Shown: positions 27,695 through 32,000 of the stretch, in pieces
How the letters are laid out: every line of letters starts with the position of its first letter
Position numbering within the stretch: the first letter of the stretch is position 1
Origin: Psychrobacter sp. HD31
GTDB lineage: Bacteria > Pseudomonadota > Gammaproteobacteria > Pseudomonadales > Moraxellaceae
Assembly (NCBI RefSeq): GCF_051097895.1
Contig: NZ_CP142525.1
Coordinates: 450,001 to 482,000, forward strand
Length of the DNA: 32,000 bases
Reading direction: 5' to 3'
Program-made: the position numbers and the translations under genes
Notes under the pieces: model-generated
The model's input: the letters and a program-made list of their open reading frames with translations, nothing else
What the model was told of the DNA's origin: nothing
The model's database searches: none

Positions 27695-27729
27695 GAAAAA
27701 GGTCTACAGCTTTTTAAAAGTCGTAGACC
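27695..27729 (-). terminator. rho-independent terminator of lysC
   Basis: On the minus strand: GGTCTAC-GA-CTTTT ... AAAAG-CT-GTAGACC (7 + 5 bp with a 2-nt mismatch), followed by T5. The plus-strand arms lie within 27701-27729. Confidence 0.6.
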
Positions 27730-27828
27730 GTATATTATAAACATGTTTTATCTTTTAGTCACTATAAATAGTCAATGTTAATGATTGCTTATTTAAATAG
27801 TACCGATAGTTAAAGATTACTTTTGGTA

Positions 27829-28338
27829 TTATGTGCCAGCAACGTGACTTTCACCATCTTCTCTATCTAAACCAAATGCGGTATGTAGCTTTTTCACGGC
27901 TTTTTCTAAGTATTGCTCTTGAGCCAATACAGAGATTTTAATTTCACTGGTAGAAATCATTTGGATATTTACATTGTTTTCAGCCAATGTTTGGAACATG
28001 GTGCTTGCAACACCAGCATGTGAACGCATACCAACACCAACAAGAGAAATTTTAACAACTTTATCATCGCCAAAAATTTCAGCAGCGCCAATTTCTTCTT
28101 TCACTTCATTATTTAACACTTCAATGGTTTTATCCATGTCGTTTCTGTGAACAGTAAAGCTAAAATCGGTAAGACCGTTAGAAGCAACATTTTGCAGAAT
28201 CATATCTATTTCAATATTGGCTTTACCAACGGGTGTTAAAATAGCAGCAGCGATACCAGGGTGGTCTGGTACACCACGTACAACAATCTTTGCTTCATCT
28301 CGGTTAAATGCGATGCCAGAAATTAGAGGCTGTTCCAT
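27829..28338 (-). CDS. candidate nested in-frame lysC beta-subunit ORF (ACT domains only, 169 aa)
   Basis: AAGGAG (28349-28344, minus strand) lies 5 nt upstream of the in-frame ATG at 28338-28336 (Met260). The downstream MEQPLISGIAFNRDEAKIVV aligns with the beta-subunit N-terminus of Corynebacterium/Bacillus LysC. Confidence 0.4.
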   Translation of the reverse strand: MEQPLISGIAFNRDEAKIVVRGVPDHPGIAAAILTPVGKANIEIDMILQNVASNGLTDFSFTVHRNDMDKTIEVLNNEVKEEIGAAEIFGDDKVVKISLVGVGMRSHAGVASTMFQTLAENNVNIQMISTSEIKISVLAQEQYLEKAVKKLHTAFGLDREDGESHVAGT

Positions 28339-29115
28339 GCTGTCTCCTTCGTCGATAGTAATTAGTGTGCCAACATTGTTTTTAAAGTCTTCATCAAATT
28401 TTCCGTCAATATCTTCATCAAAGCTTGATAGCACACGAAGTGGAACTTGATATTTACCAGCAAATTCGACGGAACGGATTTGTAATACCTTAGAGCCTAA
28501 GCTTGCCATTTCTAACATTTCTTCAAAGGTAATGCGGCTTAGCTTTTTTGCTTTTGAAGTTAGGCGGGGGTCTGTGGTATAAACACCATCTACATCGGTA
28601 TAAATTTGGCATTCATCTGCTTTTAATGCGGCTGCTAAGGCAACTCCAGTGGTGTCAGAACCACCGCGACCTAATGTTGTGATATCTCCGTGTTCATCGA
28701 TACCCTGGAAGCCAGCAACAATAACAACGTTACCGGCATCAAGTTGTTTGCGGATTCTTTCATCATCAATGCTTTTAATGCGAGCTTTGTTGTGAGTATC
28801 GTCAGTTTTAATCGCAACTTGCCCACCAGTAAATGAACGCGCACCAACCCCAATGCTTTGCAATGCCATTGCAAGTAATGAAATAGACACTTGCTCGCCT
28901 GTAGAGACCATTTGGTCGTATTCGCGAGGGTCTGGATTTTTATTAATCTGGTTTGCTAAATCAATTAGTCGGTTGGTTTCACCGCTCATTGCAGAAACCA
29001 CTACCACCACTTGATGTCCATTATCGTGCCAGCTTTTAACACGTTTTGCGACGTTTTTGATACGACTGATGTTACCCATCGACGTACCACCATATTTTTG
29101 CACAATTAACGCCAT
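27829..29115 (-). CDS. lysC: aspartate kinase (monofunctional, two C-terminal ACT domains)
   Basis: 428 aa. MALIVQKYGGTS, VVVVSAMSGETN, TLGRGGSDTT, DVDGVYTTDPR, then ACT-domain repeats. The alaS-lysC-csrA order is as in many gammaproteobacteria. Confidence 0.95.
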   Translation of the reverse strand: MALIVQKYGGTSMGNISRIKNVAKRVKSWHDNGHQVVVVVSAMSGETNRLIDLANQINKNPDPREYDQMVSTGEQVSISLLAMALQSIGVGARSFTGGQVAIKTDDTHNKARIKSIDDERIRKQLDAGNVVIVAGFQGIDEHGDITTLGRGGSDTTGVALAAALKADECQIYTDVDGVYTTDPRLTSKAKKLSRITFEEMLEMASLGSKVLQIRSVEFAGKYQVPLRVLSSFDEDIDGKFDEDFKNNVGTLITIDEGDSMEQPLISGIAFNRDEAKIVVRGVPDHPGIAAAILTPVGKANIEIDMILQNVASNGLTDFSFTVHRNDMDKTIEVLNNEVKEEIGAAEIFGDDKVVKISLVGVGMRSHAGVASTMFQTLAENNVNIQMISTSEIKISVLAQEQYLEKAVKKLHTAFGLDREDGESHVAGT

Positions 29116-29151
29116 TGATATAACCTTAATCTCAATTAAATTCAGATATGC

Positions 29152-29180
29152 TTTATACCATATTTTAGAGTGTTAACCAA
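29152..29180 (-). promoter_or_regulatory. candidate lysC promoter (TTGGTT-17 nt-TATAAA on minus strand)
   Basis: The minus-strand TTGGTT is plus 29180-29175. A 17-nt spacer follows, then TATAAA at plus 29157-29152. It lies about 40 nt upstream of the lysC ATG. Confidence 0.4.
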
Positions 29181-29251
29181 ATTTATAGCCAATTTTATGG
29201 CAAATATAGCTGTAAATTTTTTATGGATATAAAAACTGTTTGTTTTAAGCC

Positions 29252-29283
29252 AAAAAAAAGAGCTAAGTTTATTAGCTCTTTTA
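29252..29283 (-). terminator. rho-independent terminator of alaS
   Basis: On the minus strand: AAAGAGCTAA, a 5-nt loop, TTAGCTCTTT, followed by a T-run (plus-strand A8 at 29252-29259). The 10-bp perfect stem is 29257-29266 / 29272-29281. Confidence 0.8.
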
Positions 29284-29306
29284 ATGTTTACTATCTATAT
29301 AAGTAA

Positions 29307-31991
29307 CTAGCTTAGCTGTTCTGCAATCCATGTATTTAGGTTTTGCATTATTTGTTCAAAACCATCTGGTTTTGTTGCGCCGCCTTGAGCATAGTCAGGT
29401 TTACCACCACCTTTGCCACCAAGCTCAGTTGCTAAATGTCTAATGATGTCACCTGCCTTAATCTGGCTGGTTAATTGTTTAGCAACAGAACAAGCTAACG
29501 CAAGTTGTCCGCCTGTCTTACCATCTTTATCACCTACTAAGATAATAACTGCTTCAGGCTTTTTAGATTTTAGGTCATCCATCAGTGGGCGTATGCTTTT
29601 TCCATCAATACCACTAACGGTTGCCATAAGTACAGGCACCTCATTTACAAGGGTTATTTGTTCTATTAAACTAGCTGCTTGGCTACTGGCAAGCTTTTGT
29701 TGTAAACGTTCTAACTGTTTTTCTAAATCACGCTGTTTATCTGCCATGGCTTGCACTCGGTCGGCAATTTCTGGGCGTTTGGCTTTTAAATTGCCAGCGA
29801 GTATTTGCAACTGGGCTTCGCCTTCTTGCACAAATTTAATGGCGTTGATACCAGTTAACGCTTCGATTCGGCGTACGCCGGCAGCAATGCCAGATTCTGA
29901 TACAATTTTAAATAAGCCAATGTCACCCGTGCGGTTGACGTGCAAACCACCACATAATTCTATAGAAAATGGCTTATCATCACTGTCTACTGTGCCCATT
30001 GTAAGTACACGAACATTATCGCCATACTTTTCGCCAAATAATGCCATCGCACCTTTTGCCATTGCTTCATCAATTGGCATCGTTTGAGCTTGTGCTTGGG
30101 TATTCGCTAAGACTTGCTCATTAACCATGCGTTCTATCTTAACCAGCTCTTCTATAGATACTGGGCGGTCAAGTGAAAAGTCAAAACGTAATACATTGCT
30201 GGTGACTAAAGAGCCTTTTTGGCTAACGCCATCACCCAAAACGTTACGCAATGATGCATGTAGTAGGTGAGTTGCTGAGTGGTTTTTAGCACTATTGACA
30301 CGCACAGTCGATTCAACTTGTGCGTCAGCCGTTTGGCTTGCACTAACTGCACCCATCGTTACTACACCATAGTGGATGATTGCTTGCCCAGACTTTTTAG
30401 TATTTTGGACTTTAAACACGCCTGAAGCTGTGTGAATTTCGCCCAATTCACCTGCTTGACCACCACCCTCAGCATAAAATGGGGTTTTATCAAGCACAAT
30501 CACACCTTCTTGACCTTCAGTCAAGCTGCCTAATGGTTTCCCTTCTTGATAAATAGAAATAATGTTGCTATTGGCTTCAGAAAGTTGCTGATAGCCTAAA
30601 AACTCAGTTGGCTTTTGTACATTAATGAGGGCAGTGTAATCAACATCAAATTTACCAGCATCACGTGCTCTATCACGTTGTGCTTGCATTTGTTCTTCAA
30701 AACTTGCTTCATCGATACTAATGCCTTTTTCACGTGTAATATCTGCGGTTAAATCAAGCGGGAAACCATAAGTATCGTACAGCTTAAAGGCAGCTTCTCC
30801 CGATAAAGTATCACCTGTTTGCAAGCTTTCCAACTCTGTAGATAATAAACGTAGCCCTTGTGCTAAGGTTTTAGCAAATTGGGTTTCTTCTTTTTCAATG
30901 GCGTTTTCTATATGTGATTGGTGTTCAACCAGCTGAGGGTATGCTTCTCCCATTTCTTTTACTAAAGGCGCAACCATTTTATTAAAAAAGTTTTCATTTG
31001 CACCTAGCTTATTCCCATGACGTACAGCACGGCGGATGATGCGGCGCAATACATAACCACGTCCTTCATTACTTGGTATAACGCCATCTGCAATTAAAAA
31101 TGATACAGCGCGGATGTGGTCAGCAATAACTTTTAATGAGGGTTGTTGATTGTTATTAATGCCAATAATTTTTGCAGCTGCATTCATCAGGTTAACAAAA
31201 ACATCGACTTCATAGTTGCCATGCACGCCTTGCATAATGGCGCTAATGCGTCCAAGTCCCATACCAGTATCAACACTTGGTTTTGGCAGCTTTTCCATAG
31301 AGCCATCTTTTTGGCGGTTGTATTGCATGAATACACAGTTCCAGATTTCGATATAGCGATCGCCATCTTCTTCTGGGGTACCAGGTAAGCCGCCTTCAAC
31401 CTCTGGTCCGTGGTCATAAAAAATTTCACTGCATGGTCCACATGGTCCGGTATCACCCATCATCCAAAAGTTATCAGATTGGTAAGGTGCGCCTTTGTTA
31501 TCACCAATACGGATGATACGCTCTGGTGCTAAACCAATTTTTTTATTCCATATATCAAAAGCTTCATCATCACTCTCATAAATTGTAACGTATAGCTTAT
31601 CTGCATCTAGCCCCAGCCAATTTTTTGAAGTTAAAAACTCCCATGCAAACGGGATGGCCGATTCTTTAAAGTAATCACCAAAAGAAAAGTTGCCCAACAT
31701 CTCAAAAAAAGTATTGTGACGAGCGGTGTAGCCAACGTTATCTAGGTCGTTATGTTTGCCACCAGCACGTACACATTTTTGAGAGGTGACAGCACGATTG
31801 TAGTCACGCTGTTCTAAGCCTAAGAAGGTGTCTTTAAATTGGTTCATGCCTGCATTTGTAAACAGTAGAGTAGGGTCATCATGTGGGATAAGACTTGAAG
31901 AAGGTACATGTGTGTGTCCCTTGCTTACAAAAAAATCGATAAAAGCTTGACGAAGCTGATTTGAAGACATGAAATTAACTGGCTGGCTCAT
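29307..31991 (-). CDS. alaS: alanine--tRNA ligase
   Basis: 894 aa. Class II catalytic core (FTNAGMNQFK, RAGGKHNDLDNVG, FFEMLGNFSFGDYFK), editing-domain HSATHLLH...CGGLHV, C-terminal DHHA1 (GGKGGGKPDYAQGG). The start may instead be Met8 at 31970 (MSSNQLRQAF aligns with the E. coli N-terminus). The upstream region is cut off by the window end. Confidence 0.95.
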   Translation of the reverse strand: MSQPVNFMSSNQLRQAFIDFFVSKGHTHVPSSSLIPHDDPTLLFTNAGMNQFKDTFLGLEQRDYNRAVTSQKCVRAGGKHNDLDNVGYTARHNTFFEMLGNFSFGDYFKESAIPFAWEFLTSKNWLGLDADKLYVTIYESDDEAFDIWNKKIGLAPERIIRIGDNKGAPYQSDNFWMMGDTGPCGPCSEIFYDHGPEVEGGLPGTPEEDGDRYIEIWNCVFMQYNRQKDGSMEKLPKPSVDTGMGLGRISAIMQGVHGNYEVDVFVNLMNAAAKIIGINNNQQPSLKVIADHIRAVSFLIADGVIPSNEGRGYVLRRIIRRAVRHGNKLGANENFFNKMVAPLVKEMGEAYPQLVEHQSHIENAIEKEETQFAKTLAQGLRLLSTELESLQTGDTLSGEAAFKLYDTYGFPLDLTADITREKGISIDEASFEEQMQAQRDRARDAGKFDVDYTALINVQKPTEFLGYQQLSEANSNIISIYQEGKPLGSLTEGQEGVIVLDKTPFYAEGGGQAGELGEIHTASGVFKVQNTKKSGQAIIHYGVVTMGAVSASQTADAQVESTVRVNSAKNHSATHLLHASLRNVLGDGVSQKGSLVTSNVLRFDFSLDRPVSIEELVKIERMVNEQVLANTQAQAQTMPIDEAMAKGAMALFGEKYGDNVRVLTMGTVDSDDKPFSIELCGGLHVNRTGDIGLFKIVSESGIAAGVRRIEALTGINAIKFVQEGEAQLQILAGNLKAKRPEIADRVQAMADKQRDLEKQLERLQQKLASSQAASLIEQITLVNEVPVLMATVSGIDGKSIRPLMDDLKSKKPEAVIILVGDKDGKTGGQLALACSVAKQLTSQIKAGDIIRHLATELGGKGGGKPDYAQGGATKPDGFEQIMQNLNTWIAEQLS

Positions 31992-32000
31992 TGAAAAATC

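Noticed and set aside
29116-29251. A lysine riboswitch (L-box) upstream of lysC, as found in E. coli.
   Set aside because: Only about 136 nt separate the alaS terminator from the lysC ATG. A plausible promoter leaves a ~30-40 nt leader. The region is AT-rich, without the conserved G-rich L-box helices/junction that I would expect.
29413-30087. A 224-aa ORF antisense to alaS. Other antisense or overlapping ORFs in the track include 6777-7133, 4054-4393, 4673-4984, 9538-9837, 12396-12713, 14641-14914, 18012-18269 and 24667-24978.
   Set aside because: Each lies entirely inside a gene with strong, recognisable homology on the other strand. The translations are low-complexity (Ser/Leu/Pro/Cys-rich), lack SD sequences and lack recognisable motifs. 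Long stop-free antisense frames are an expected by-product of codon bias.
1-32000. Mobile elements, CRISPR arrays, tRNA/rRNA genes, defence or toxin-antitoxin modules, and a window-wide repeated REP/USS-like motif.
   Set aside because: I recognised no transposase, integrase or phage-like ORFs, no regularly spaced direct repeats and no tRNA-like acceptor/T-arm sequences. The terminator hairpins all have different sequences, so they do not form a shared repeat family. All sizeable ORFs are accounted for by conserved housekeeping families.

Overview
This is an AT-rich gammaproteobacterial chromosome segment. The long CsrA, HU, GyrA Thr80 numbering and the alaS-lysC-csrA and hupB-ppiD synteny suggest a Moraxellaceae-like organism, but that is inference only. 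I can support 27 protein-coding genes, essentially all core or housekeeping: cls (5' partial), waaA, rsmE, a three-gene Fe(3+)-type ABC importer, cmoM, a small membrane protein, a BASS-family transporter, gyrA, a DUF523/TudS-like protein, a GST, an SCP2/UbiJ-like protein, hupB, ppiD, purH, fis, prmA, a TPR lipoprotein, mrcB (PBP1b), a BI-1/YccA-like protein, nadK, a yeaC-like protein, a HopJ-family protein, csrA, lysC and alaS. I see no rRNA, tRNA, CRISPR array, IS element, integrase, phage or defence-type genes. I find no convincing new multi-gene system; the window reads as ordinary conserved chromosome. The best leads are modest. (1) lysC has an in-frame internal SD+ATG at the position of the beta-subunit start of alpha2beta2 aspartokinases. 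(2) A disordered-linker plus TPR lipoprotein sits directly downstream of PBP1b and looks like an LpoP-type activator. (3) The FbpA-like lipoprotein carries a His-rich tether, and its operon has a structured promoter/leader. (4) A 516-bp gene-free region upstream of hupB contains stacked hairpins. (5) A standalone SCP2/UbiJ-like protein has a coiled coil and a C-terminal membrane anchor. All coordinates and motif counts were done by hand from the sequence. No database search was possible.
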